Below, piece after piece: positions 26,715 through 39,782 of a DNA stretch of 64,000 bases. Source of the DNA: Paraspadella gotoi (taxonomy: Eukaryota > Animalia > Chaetognatha); contig CM119264.1 in the NCBI GenBank assembly GCA_051294375.1, positions 24,456,917 through 24,520,916 of the forward strand, read 5' to 3'. The notes beneath the pieces were generated by a model. It was given only the letters and a program-made list of their open reading frames with translations. It searched no databases and was not told the DNA's origin. How positions within the stretch are numbered: the first letter of the stretch is position 1; every line of letters starts with the position of its first letter. The translations under genes and the position numbers were made by a program.

Positions 26715-29077
26715 TGAGAGAGAGAGAGAGAAGATGCGGAGCAAAAATTGATTGCGGAAGAATTCAACGATTGAATATTGAATTCGCAGCAGAAGTAGGC
26801 GTAGAAATTTGATTGCGCTGATTTTACAGTTAAATATTTGAATTTTATATTTTTCACGCCGCATCGATGCCGGTAATACAATAAAAATCAAAAATACTAT
26901 AGAATACTGAAGAATACTATTGAAATTAAATGAGGCTCGCGATTTTTTTTTTATTGATAAGGGAAATATGTTAATTATCAAAATTGGATTTTACGTTGGT
27001 AAGACGAGATGCTCAACAGAATTTTCGAATTTATCGTTAGTATTTATTAACTCTAAACATTCTTATACATTTAATTAACTCTAAACAATTATTTAATAGC
27101 CTATAATTTTGGTTTTGGGTTTTCTCCTCCTAGTCCTAAAATCTTTCCAGCCTCTCAATATTAGGCTCGATTAAAAAGAAGTCAAGAACTTATTCAAACA
27201 AAGAAGTTTACCACAAATACTCATTGCTAATACAACCATCTCCCCACAAATCTACCACAGGCAGCACTGACCACTGACACACCACCACGAACGCGCTCCA
27301 AAACAGACTTTTTTTTTAAATGCCGAACCCCGATTCGGCGTGGATCGTCTCATGCATTGCAAAGGCGCCGCCTCCAGAAAACAGCGCCGAAAGTTGGCAA
27401 AGACGCCACAAAACAGATGGCTGAGCCACACGACCAACACCCACATTGAATACAGCCACCTTAAAAGGCGTACTAAGAAGATGGCTCTGCCGTCCGCCCA
27501 TTGTCGTAAAACGCCGATTTAGTACTACGGTGTGCACATACCAGAACCATCTCTACCCAATTTAATTCATTTTTCATGAATATACTTTGTAGTTATATGT
27601 TCTAGTATTAGTAAAATTGAATACGTTCAAAAAACGGAGTAAAGAGTGGGGAGGGTAAAGATATTAGATATTAGTGTGGAAGAGAGAGAGAAGAGAGAGA
27701 GAGCGAGAAGAGAGAGAGAGAGAGAGAGAGAGGAGACGAGAGAGAGGAGAGAGAGGAGAGAAGAGAGAGAGAGAGAGCCTGTACAACATTTTTGATCGAA
27801 ACGAAACGACTTGCACTACTTACAAGACTGTACCGTGAGAGTAACTGCCGGCACGCGCATCCCTGATCTAGTGCGCGATAACAAACCAATGAGGTCATAC
27901 AGACGTGCAGATCACATCATCAAAAATACAACCATCGCATCTTTGTTTACCTGAGTATGAGTGAAAGCCACGAGATGAAGACTCTGAAAACGAGACATAA
28001 GCATCGATCCGATGGCCTAACCTCGGCCTATCTGCTTATAGCCATCAAAGACTCACGTCTAAGAAGTAAAAAACTAGTAATGAGTCCTGAAAGCCGGATT
28101 AATACTAGCTTCAATAAAATAATTGAAAACACTATTGCAAGACTTTAAGCGGTCGCACGGACTTATTGTCATTCGATCAAAAATGCTAATCCTTCGACAT
28201 ATATGTCCTAGATAAATACATATTCCTGGCATGTGAAATAAAATTCTTACCTACAATTTCGTTGACCTCAGTATTAACAAAAATAACGACGAAGTTTTCA
28301 TCTCGAACAAAACTATCTGCGTACAAACGCATCTTTAACTACATTAGAAACTGTTTCAAATCTGCTTCCTAAGTTCAACCGCACAACTGTTTCCTTGCCC
28401 ACATTACCCGACTTGAGAAAAACGAGATAAACAAACAAACCAACAGATAAAAGCTGAAGGCCTCGGAATTTGTCCAGACCGCCTTTCGTCTCTCTCTCAC
28501 ATTCTGCTAGAAATTAGATGGTAAGATTGTTTGTCTAATTTTGTAAACTTGCATTGTTCACAATAAGACCAGACTTAATGAAAAAAGTAAAATAAGTCAT
28601 AAAATATATATCAAATACGCTTCCTATCATCCTGGCAGCTCTGGGATCACGTCTGCTCTGTCTATGATCGGCTACATCTACATCATACGAGCCGCGCTCT
28701 TCCCATTTTCATAGAGAATAACAACACGCACCTTATTCTTCGTCACCTCGCCCTGCATCAGTACCTCTCTTCCATGTCTCATACGTGCTGCACTCACGCC
28801 ATACCCTCATCACTAATACATATCTTACACTCTCGTTCCTATATACTCATCTATGAAGATACTATCATTTTTTACCTTAAAGATAAAACCCGTCTTATTA
28901 CCTTACTTCTGCTTTTCCATCACTCACAGCATCGGACACCACTCCACATGCACCATCTTATCTCTATGTCATACATCATCATGCAAATAATGAAACTTTT
29001 GACGTCTCGCATAAGAATTTTTCCCCATTTAGTTTCTTTCTTGTTTCATTATTCATGAATTCTGAATGTCTTCTCAA

Positions 29078-29108
<31 letters not shown>

Positions 29109-31550
29109 TCTTCTCTCTCTGCATCTCTCTCTCTCTCTCTCCTCCTTTCTCCTTCAAGAAATGATTTGTTTTCCTTATCTCCCTCGTTCTTCGCACAGTC
29201 TTTTTCACTAATTAAATCTATTATCCTTTGGATTCAAGAAGAGAAAGGAAAAGAACATAAAACTCCGGCGGATTCGTCGTCTTCGTCGTCGTCACAAAGC
29301 TCGCGGAGAGAAGGAACCTTAAAACTGGGTCACCATGACAATTTCAGTTCAACATAAAATTGGGTTCACATGAAATTTTTTATTACTAATATGACTAGGA
29401 GCAAAGTAAAGAACGAAAAGGACTTTGGATTCGACTTTTGTTTCAGAAATGGCGTTTACATTACTTATTTTAATTTTTTTTAAATTCTAGTTATAAAATC
29501 CAACTGAAGGATTCAGAAAATTGGAAATTTCATTCCTTCAAAAGAGTAATCAACCCGGTTATTTTAAAACGCTTCAGCTGTAAAAAATTGTATATTCTTC
29601 GTCTATTTCTATTTTAAATAATACCAAAAAAACGAGACGCTCGCTTGTCGACAATTTCTTCGAGCACGTGACGAATGTTTTGTCGCGAATCAGACCATCA
29701 GCAGTAATTTCCTTCTCTCGCTCTTTTGTTTTCGTCTTGCGTCCATCAAACGACTGTCGTAGTATAAAGTCCTTTGACTGTAATCGTGCATATATATTTT
29801 TTCCTATTTAAATAGTGGCAATAAAAACAAAAGTTGAAAACGACACATTACAAAAAGATTGCATTTCTTGTCGGTAATTAAAGTTACTTTAACATTTACA
29901 TCACCCTTTTTAATTAGCTTCATCAAAGCCCTCGAGCGAATAACCGTTTTGCAAAAACCGTCCCAGTTTCCAATAACCCACTTTTGCGTCTCCTCCCTTC
30001 ACTCCCACTTTCAACTTTTCTCTACTCCCTTCTTCTTTTGCCCCTTTCTCCATCGCCACATCGCCCACCCCCACCCACTTCTATTCCACATCCACCAACT
30101 TCCTATCGCCACACCCACCCAACTGTCCCCCACCCAGGCGTCATTCTAGGAATTTTCTTCGACGTTCACTAAAGCCAAAAGAAAGAAAGAAAAAAGAAAA
30201 TCGGGGGAAGAGCGAACGAAGCGTGAAAAGGTTTTATTTTATTTCCTTTTTTCTTTTAAGAAAAGATAATTATGGCGACGAGAAATTCTTTCGACTCACT
30301 CGGAATTTACGAATTGACGAACAAGAGTGAGCACAGAAATATATCGTTCACTAAAAAACCTGAAGGATAAAAAAATGAGAAAGAGAAAGGATGGAACAAA
30401 GGGAAGAAGGGAGAAAAAAAAGGAAGCAAGGAAGTAAGGAGAAGAGTAATGGAATGACGGAAAGTGTTAAGAAAAGCAATTCAGCAAGGAAGGACAGATA
30501 AAAGGAAGACAAAAGACAAAAGGATAAAAAAAGGAAGGAGAAATGAAGGACTAGAAGAAGAGAAATAGAAGGAAGAAAGGAAGGATGGAAAGAAGAAAAG
30601 AAGAAAGAAATTAAAGAATGAAATGGGTGAAAAAGAAGGGAATGAAGGAAGAAAAAAAAATGATGGAAAGAAGGACGGACATTGTCGATGAACTTAACTC
30701 TGAATATTTTTTTCCCGCGGCTCCTTATTTTTTTTTTCGGCTCGTGGACTCAAAGCCCTGCGGCTTCTCTTCTACCCACCAAAAAAAAATATCCTCCGCA
30801 TTGTACTTTAAAAAAGGAGGAAAAGAAAGAACCATTTTTCTCGCTCCCCACAGAATCCAGTCACCTTCTAAAATCCGGTTTATACTTTGGAATCAATGAA
30901 GAGGAGAAGAAAAATCTCGGCGGAACCTGGGATGGAGATTTCATGACGTCACATGACGCCTTTTGGATGGAAATGGGAGGAAAGGGGGAGGAAAGGGAGG
31001 AAAAGAGGAAAGAAATGAAAGAGAAAGTATAGAATTGACAGGAGGAAAAGAGAGATATAAATTAAAGAGATGGGATATAAAGAAAAAGGGTAAAAGAGAA
31101 GAAATGTAGAGAAGAGAAGGAGTTGCGAAAGAAAGGAGAGAAAAGGGGTCGGAAGGGCGATGATAACGAAAGTAAAGAAAGGAGGAGAAAGTGACGAAAT
31201 AGACTGAAAGAGAAGGAATAAGAAAGTGAAGAAAAAGAAAAGTCGCTCAGTGTACTCTTTTACTCTTTGACGATCGTCGCAGATGGATCCGCGACTCGGA
31301 TGAAATCTACCAAGAACTCTCTGATTGGATGAATCATCGGCGGAATCAACCAATGAGAAGACGGGCTTCATGCCATCGGAAAACGAGCCCGTGTCGATGA
31401 TCCGATTGTAGAGTATAAATACCTGACCATTTGGATTGAATTGAATCCATCTGTCTCAAATTCTGGACACCGTCTTTGTTTGTGACTTTTCTCAGATTAT
31501 AATCCACTTTGGTTTCATGTTGAAATCTCTGTCTACTTACTTAAATGTGA

Positions 31551-31591
31551 TAGCAGTGGTGGGATTCGAACCCACGCCTCCGCAGAGACTG
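31551..31591 (-). pseudogene. 3' half of a tRNA-Leu (variable arm, T arm, 3' acceptor strand)
   Basis: Minus strand CAGTCTCTGCGGAGGCGTGGGTTCGAATCCCACCACTGCTA: long variable arm, T-arm GTGGG-TTCGAAT-CCCAC and discriminator A. No D arm or anticodon arm upstream. Confidence 0.75.
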
Positions 31592-31830
31592 CTGATGTTA
31601 GTCTGTGTGAGAACATCGATGAATAATCTTTAGTAAACAACAATCGATACAAAATCTAAGTAAAAACATTCCTTAAGAAACCAAGGAAGCATTTTGGTTG
31701 AACCGACGATTTTTCTCTCGGTGATAAGTTAAAAAGCATTAACTATTAGTTTTGAGATACTTAATCATAAAAGATAAATTTTAACTTTAGAAATTGTGAT
31801 ATAAATCCTTTCTTTTCGTTGTTTAGGAGA

Positions 31831-31988
31831 TTAGAGACAGTTTGAGTTTAGTTTTTTTCTTTCTCTCTTGACATTTACACAAAATATTTTCCAAATTCAA
31901 TTACGCTGATGAAGCTTGAAATGAAGCCAAAACATGTCTGTTTTACAATAAACAAAATCTTTCAAAACTAAACTCAAACTGTCTCTAA
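31831..31988. repeat. Perfect 25-bp inverted repeat flanking the degenerate hammerhead
   Basis: ttagagacagtttgagtttagtttt (31831-31855) is the exact reverse complement of aaaactaaactcaaactgtctctaa (31964-31988). Confidence 0.9.
31903..31952 (+). ncRNA. Degenerate hammerhead ribozyme of the same family (G12 mutated to A), followed by AATAAA
   Basis: ACG-CTGATGA-AGCTT-gaaatg-AAGCC-AAAA-CATGTC-TGT aligns almost base for base with the 62.8-kb hammerhead; the core GAAA reads AAAA. Confidence 0.6.
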
Positions 31989-34900
31989 CTTTGAGAAAAG
32001 ATTTCAGAGAATATTTCATTAATAAAATCAACGGTTCCATCATCCAAGCGACACCATGACAAAACATTTGGTTGTCTTGCTTTTCTTTGTTTGCTCTATC
32101 TCGGCCTAGTCTCGCCGACGGGGCAGTACACCCAGGTAATTTTAAGATACTATCTGATTTATATTTGTAATAATGAAAAGTTGCTTTGACTGGCCGACGT
32201 TCATTTACAAATATATTTAGAAGCAACAAAGAAGCGATAGCCGATATTTACCGAAAATTATCTTAGAGTAAGTATGGGGTTTTTCGTTCCCAGGCAACGA
32301 GGACAAACAAGGCGGAAAACGAGGCGGATTTGGCGCGCGAAAACGGAGAAGTCGAGATCGACGTCAAGCGTCTGCGGGCCAAGGATTTTGACCAAGATGA
32401 CGACGGCAAAGACGATGTAAGAAAGACAACGACGACCGACGACGTCGGAGAGGTCAACAGCGACGACGCACGACGACGACACGACGACGCCGGAGAGACA
32501 ACAGCGACGACGACGGCGACGACGACGGCGACGACGACGGCGACNNNNNNNNNNNNNNNNNNNNNNNNNNNNNNNNNNNNNNNNNNNNNNNNNNNNNNNN
32601 NNNNNNNNNNNNNNNNNNNNNNNNNNNNNNNNNNNNNNNNNNNNTTCCTCCGTCCGATCCTCTTTTTTTCCCCCATCGTTTTCTTTTCTTTCGCTTCTCT
32701 GTTTTATCCTTTCTTTTCTTTTCTTTTTTTTTTCTTTTCTTTTTTAAACGACAAAGCAACTTGAAGAAAATCGGGCCGAGGTTGTGGCTCGATCCCGCTA
32801 ACCTCATCATCGTCTTAATTTAAGTCTAAATTATCGTCGCGGCGGAGGTATGCTGTACAGTCAGCTGCGCCGATTTTCGTTCGTGGGCACACATATATGT
32901 GGGCAGTTCAGTGCTATGTTGTTATGCAGTATTATGATATGTATTGGATACTCCATCTTTTTTTGTGCTGTCGGAGCTTTCGTCTTCTCTATGTCCTTTC
33001 ACGACGCTCCAACGGTCGTCTTCAAATCGTTGTCCTTATTTACCCGTCCAAAAGTCCGTGCGTCCGTCTTCATCGTCGTCGTTTCTCGCGGTCGTTCACA
33101 TTAACGGCTCTCACAGGTCCTATGTTATTCATCGTGTTCATCCACATTGGAGCTTCATTTTGTCATCGTTGGTCGTTTCCGTCGTCGTCAATCCCCATTT
33201 ACATCTTAATATGTTGTAGTCATTTTGCCTTGTCGTTGGTCGGCACATTGACGATCTCCAAATCCGGTCGTCGTCGGCTCGTCGGGGTCCGTTTCCCCGG
33301 CTCGGTCTTCGCGCGTCGGGTAAAAATACCGACAATGTCGAGAAGGTACGCATAGTTAGTTAGATACTTCACTCCCTTTCCGGACATCGAAATTGAATAA
33401 TTATCCAAAATCTCTTTTTCGTCAAGAAAGGTAAAAAGAACCGGGCGACGCCAAATCGACAGTTCCTGCTTCTCCGCCCCGAAGAGGAGACGGCGCCTAC
33501 CCGAAGTCGTCGTGGCACCCGGACGCCGGCAGCGACGGCGGCGGCGGGTCATTTCCCTTCGCTTGGAAGGCGGTTCAAATTTTCGCGGAAAGAAGTCGGA
33601 AACCTCCTCTTTTTTCTTTTTTCTCTCTCTTTCCCTTTATATCCTTTGCGAATAGAGACGAGAGAACGCCAGTGAGTAGGGAGACCCGAGAGAGAGACGG
33701 AGAAGAAGAAGAGAGAGAGAGGAGAGAGAGAGAGAGAAGAGACAGAGAGAGAAAGAGAGAAGAGAAGAGAGAAGAGAGAGAGACGCTTATCCACACAAAG
33801 GCCCAAACCCAAACAGACGGTTGCCAAATTCGGGCGACCGCTGACTTTCATCGTCGCTACCGCCCGGGGACGAATTGGTTGAGGGGGAACACCGGGGGGG
33901 TGGGAGAACTGGAGAGGGGAGACGGAAGCGGGGAGGAGTCTGGGGGGAAGCACTTTAGGAAAGCGAATATGATGGCAAAAGGGGGGGCCCCGGATATATA
34001 CCCCCTCCCCCCTCCCCCGTTTTCCCGGGGGCCCCCAACGCGAAAGTCAACGACGCGCGCCTCCTGTCGCGACGCTAGTGACGCAGTGGTACAGCTCTGA
34101 AAATCTGTCGGCGTCCACGCTAGACAGTCCGAGGTCCTCCTCCTCCAGCCGCCCGGGGTCTCCCGTTTTAAGGTTGGTTTCTTCTTTCTGTTCTTTTTCT
34201 TTTCTTAACAAATTGGTTATCACCATCTTTCTTCTTTCTTTCCTTTCTTTCTCTTTCTTTTCTTTCTTTCTCTATCTTCTTTGGTTGTACTCTTCAATCT
34301 TTCCTTCTTTTCCCTATCCAGTTCTCTCTTCCCCTTTCCTCCCAATCCCTTCCTCCCTCTCTATCTCCATCCTTCTCTCCCTTCTCCTCTCTCCCCCTCC
34401 CCCCCTCGTCCTCCACCGGGTCTCCATCACTAAATATCCGGGATTCCGGACCCACAATTTTTCTTCGGGACCAAACGTTTTATTTCGGACAACGAAGTGA
34501 CTCTTCCTTCACCCCTAATTTACTCTTTCGCTTTTTTTTTTCCCACTTTCCCCTCTTTTTCTTTTCTTTTCTTATCTTCGTGCCGCTCCTAATTTTTTTT
34601 CCCCCAATCGTTTCTTTTCTTCCGCTTCTCTGTTTTAACTTTTCTTTGCTTTTTCTCTTATCCTATTTTTTTTTTTTTTTTTTTCTTTTTCCTTTTTTTT
34701 ATCAGCCTTGCCTCATTTAACCTCTATCACGACGAATTGTCGACTTGGAGACTGAGAATTCTTTCTTTCTTTTTTTTTTTTCCCCTTTATTTCTGTTTTT
34801 TCGTTTATTATCTTCTGTTCTTTATTNNNNNNNNNNNNNNNNNNNNNNNNNACTTCCTTTTTTCTCTTTTTTACTCTGTATGTTAATTATTATTAGTCTT

Positions 34901-34994
34901 CCTCACTTTTTCTGGATCTTTCCTCGGGTCCATCTTTACTAGTATCCATTTTTTACTATATCTGTTCCCCCCTCACAATTAACTCTTTCTCTTT

Positions 34995-35034
<40 letters not shown>

Positions 35035-37218
35035 CTTTCTCTCTCTCTCTCTCTCTCTCGATTATTAAAGAAATCGATACTTTCGCCCCCCAAGATTATG
35101 TTGTCCCACGTTACGACCTTTTTCTTCATTTTTTTCACCAAGTTTTTCTCAATCTCAGTCTTCATTGTCACTTCTTTCACTTTCCTCGTCCATTCATTGT
35201 CAATACTCTCCTTTCTAGTTCCAACTTAGAATTTTTATTTCGATTTTCCTCATCCGATTCTACTTTTTCTTTCCTACTTATAAACTTTAAAACTTTTTTC
35301 TTACTTTCTTACTTTCTTACTTTCTTCTTCTTCCCTACTTGTCATCCTCNNNNNNNNNNNNNNNNNNNNNNNNNGAGCCGGTGCGGCGCTGTTGGTGGGC
35401 CGTGGGGTGGCGAAAGGAGAGACGTGGGATGGAATCGCTGGTCGGCCTCGATATCGTTGTAGTTGTTTACCAGACGGAAAATCCAGGGAGTTCTCCCGAC
35501 TGTCGATTCGCGCCATCGATTGGAACAGTTTGCTTCTGCCGCCGCTGGCGCTGCGTTATACTGCAGCGGAACTGCGCGGCGAAAGAAGGGCGCTTAGTGT
35601 TTTGCATCCGATTGTTTTGTTTTGTTTTTCTCGATTATTAGATTGTTTAATTTTTGTTTGTTTGTACTAGAAGGGCATTAGGCGTCACTGAAGCTGACGC
35701 GTGTCGATGAACGTGCGGAGTTAAGAGGCAAATGTGGAGGACGAGTGTCTTTGGCGTAGAATACGATCGAGGCGAAAAGGGGAGAAGAGAAAATGGCGCG
35801 TATTGGCGTAGAACGTTTGGCATCAGCGATCGAGGAAGGCGTAACAAAAGTTTAGGGTTCGAATCTGGCGCTAGTCAAAGATCTTTGCACAGTGCTAATT
35901 CGGAAACCGCAGATTACAACGATGAGAACCACAACAACGACCACAACAACGACGACAACTACAACGACCACCTCGTAGTCGAGTTTTAGTCGTAAGTGGC
36001 TGCGACGAAAACGAATAGCGACGGGGAATCCGAAGCGAAACAAATTGAGGGCGAGGCGAGTGACATCGGAGCAGGAGTCACAGCAAAGTGTCACGGAAGT
36101 CCTGACATTTTTTACCGACGGCGTGACATTCGGGTGAAGAATGACATTTGAGGTGTGACATCTAGCAAGTAAGAAATAATTCCGCGACCAGCGTAACACA
36201 TCCTTGTCCGTTTGTCATCGCAAAGAGCGACATCTGTGTAACAAAAGAGCCACAGCATCATCTGCGTTATTCTCGAAGAAATTGGCGTTAGTCATTTGTT
36301 CGATTGTGTCAGTTTCGACGAGCGTCGACTCTTGTCAATCCAAAAGCGACATCTGTCACATGCGGCATAAAAACTGGGCTAAAAGTGACGTTTGTCGCTG
36401 ATCTCCCGACAGCAGACGATAGGTGATTATTTGTCAACTGGAACGCAAGAGAGCAAAGTAAATAGTGATTATTTGTTTCAAATCGCCCCTAAAAATCCAC
36501 TTAGGTTAAAACCCTATTAAAAACCAATACCCAAAGTAATTAATTGATTTATGTCTCTAAAATTAAAATAATACTAATTATATTTATATTCTTCCTCCTA
36601 TTTTCTTTAATTAATCAATTTATAATCATATTATTCATTCATCTTTTCTTCACTCATTCATTTAATCGCCACCACATTCGCCCTAAAATACAGTAGTGTC
36701 CTTTCAAGATACAGTGCGGTTCTCGATCCAATTCCCGCCCCCAACTCGTCCAATTCTCCGTTAGAGTTTTCTGCATTAATTGATTCCGGCTTCGCGACCG
36801 AGATTCGAAACCGTAATTTTCACGGGTGACAATCCTGACATGTGCCGGATCCGTAAGTGAGGTCGACGGGTGAGACCGTCAGACGGTCACTTCGTGGGAA
36901 GTTAGGCTAATTGGGCGCGAACGGCTTCTCGCTCGACATTGCAGTCGGCAATCGATTCATTAAATTGGTCGAGCAATGTAATAATTATTCATTAATCAAT
37001 AGATAAGCTACTTGTTATCTTTAGTCAGGCTATGGTGAGTTTAGGCCTTTCATCCCTCTTACAAATAATAACAAAGCAGAACGCTGCAAGCTTGCGATCA
37101 AGAGACTATCGAAATGTAATTCACTCCCAGAATTCCTGGCTTCCATATCGATGAAGAAGAGAGAGAGATAGTTTGTCCATTGATTCGATTCCGTCTGGTC
37201 TCACAGTTCACAATTGTT

Positions 37219-37219
37219 A

Positions 37220-37297
<78 letters not shown>

Positions 37298-37317
37298 TAT
37301 TATTATTATTATTATTA

Positions 37318-37398
<81 letters not shown>

Positions 37399-37400
37399 TA
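37219..37400 (+). repeat. (TAT)n microsatellite (mirror copy at 51967-52110; independent one at 59410-59497)
   Basis: Trinucleotide run with few interruptions. Confidence 0.95.
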
Positions 37401-38057
37401 TAATCCATTTCCTGTGGTGCATTGATATTGATATAAAAAGAAATGTTTCAATTGTATATTTCATCGATCGATTGATAAAATTTGACCACAAACGCCTCAC
37501 CTCTGCCGATTCCGAATGAGTGGTCGTTGAAAAGCGCTGTTGCTGCTCTCCTGCTGCCGATGCATTCTCGCTGCACCTGCCGATTTTTTCTTTCAGGAGA
37601 AAACAAAAGAGAACGAAATCGTTGAAGAAAAAAAAAAAGAACAAAAACCTCAAAAGTAAAAAAGTGAAAACAAAGGAAAAAGTAACGAAGGAAAAGGAGG
37701 AAAGCTGAAAGGAAAAAGAAAGAAACAGAGAAAGAAAAAAAAAACGGAGGAGAGAAAACATAAAAATGGAAAAGAGGGGGAAAAAAACAAGAGAACTGAA
37801 AGAATGAAAGTTTGATCGAATCGAAAGCGGAAAGCGGGAGACTAAAAGCGAAAACCGGGAGCGGAAAAAAAAAGTAGGGGGGATGAGGTAAAGGGAAAAA
37901 GAAAAAAAGGAAATGGGAAAAGGAAAAAGGAAAAGAGGACGCAAAGAGCGGGCGATGGAGAGTCTTTCATTCCAATCACGAAGATTCACGGTCCGAATGA
38001 GCCGCGTCTCTCTCTCTCTCTCCCTCCCTCTCTCTCTCCTGTCTCTCTCTCTCTCTG

Positions 38058-38091
<34 letters not shown>

Positions 38092-39452
38092 GTCTCTCTC
38101 TCTCTCTCTTCTCCTCTACCTGCCCATGTTTTTCCTTTCTCATATTCTCTTCTTCTATTGAATTCTCACAGCGAGCGATTTCTCTTCCCCTGAATTCTTG
38201 TCGTTTATCGTTTTGATGGCGTTATCCGTCGTCGTCGTCGTCTCGTCGTCGTCGTCGTCGTCGCATTTGTTGTTGTCCCGGCGCCGTTGTCGTCGTTGTT
38301 GTCAGAGTAAGACTCGCGTTGTCAGGCTTTTGACGTCAACTAGTTTTTTTTTTCTTTAAATCTTTACGAATTCCCTCAGCCTCTTTTTTTCACTTTTTTT
38401 TCTCCAATTTATCTTACGGCCGATCCGGCTTTTTTCCCTTTTAATCTAACGACAATTTTACAATCACTCTTTTCCTTCCTCACTCAGCCTTCGTGAATTA
38501 TCTTTTTTTTTCTTCCCCTAACTCCATTTTCTACCCTTTTTTTCCATCCCTTTTCCTTACAGTTTCTATTGACTTTTCTCCTCTTTCCTTTTTCTCCCTA
38601 TTTCTTTCCTCCCATCTCTTTTCTTCGATTATCTTTCATCACCTTTTTCATTTCCCTTTCACCTTCACCTTCTCCCCTTCCTTTTTTTACTTCCCCTCTC
38701 TTTTCAAGCCTATTCTTTAATTCATTTTCTATTTCCCTTTCCTCCCCTAATCCTTCCTCCCTTATTTCCTTCCTCTTGTTTCCCTCTCCTCCCTCTTTCC
38801 TCCCTCCCCTTTCCCATTTCTCCCGCTTCGCTTCCGTCATATGGACGTCGAATGGAATTTTTCATGGTGTTTTGATTTCTTTCAATGCTCCGAGGCTCCA
38901 TTCTCTCTCCCCCCCCCCTCCTCCCCTCTCGATTCCTGTCGTTTCTAAGTTCTAAGTTTTCCAGTCTGGTTACTTGATCTTTCTTTATGGCGCAATCTTT
39001 CCGCTTCTCTCCTTTTATATCTTCTTTTTCTCTCATCTTTTTTTCTCTTTTTCACCTTCCTTTTTTTTTTTTGCCTTTTATTTACGTTTTTTTTTTTTCT
39101 AGAGTTAAAATCGATTTTGACCGGTAGATAATTTTGCTAGTCTTTTTCTTAGTTTAAGACCATATCACGCTTAAACTAATATCAAAATTAGTAGAGTAAA
39201 CTTTTGGATTGTTAAAGCCAGTTCGTAAAATCAAATTAAATCTAATCGGGTTAAAATTCTTAATAGTAATTTCATAAATAAATAGACTAGCTGAATATTA
39301 AACCAATTAGCTTGTCGGAGTGCCAAAATTTAAAAAAGGAATTTTTTTAACACCTTAATTATTTCATGCAAAACGACGGACTCGACAAACGTCGCCATTT
39401 TGTTCGCGAAATCCGACCGTGCCATTCATTCCCCCCACTCCCGCCCCTCCTC

Positions 39453-39542
<90 letters not shown>

Positions 39543-39692
39543 ATCTCTCTCTCTCTCTGTCGCGTCTTGTTTGCTCTCTTGTTTGCTTTCTTGTTTGCTT
39601 CCCTTTTTATTTTCTGCCGCCTCTTTTTGATTTAAGAAAAAAACAAACGCCGAGAATATTTTTGGAAGAAAAACGAAATAGAGAGAGAGAAG

Positions 39693-39782
<90 letters not shown>

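Noticed and set aside
27250-29050. Compositionally distinct stretch with short ORFs
   Set aside because: No recognisable motifs; it looks like low-accuracy single-read fill, so no call was made.
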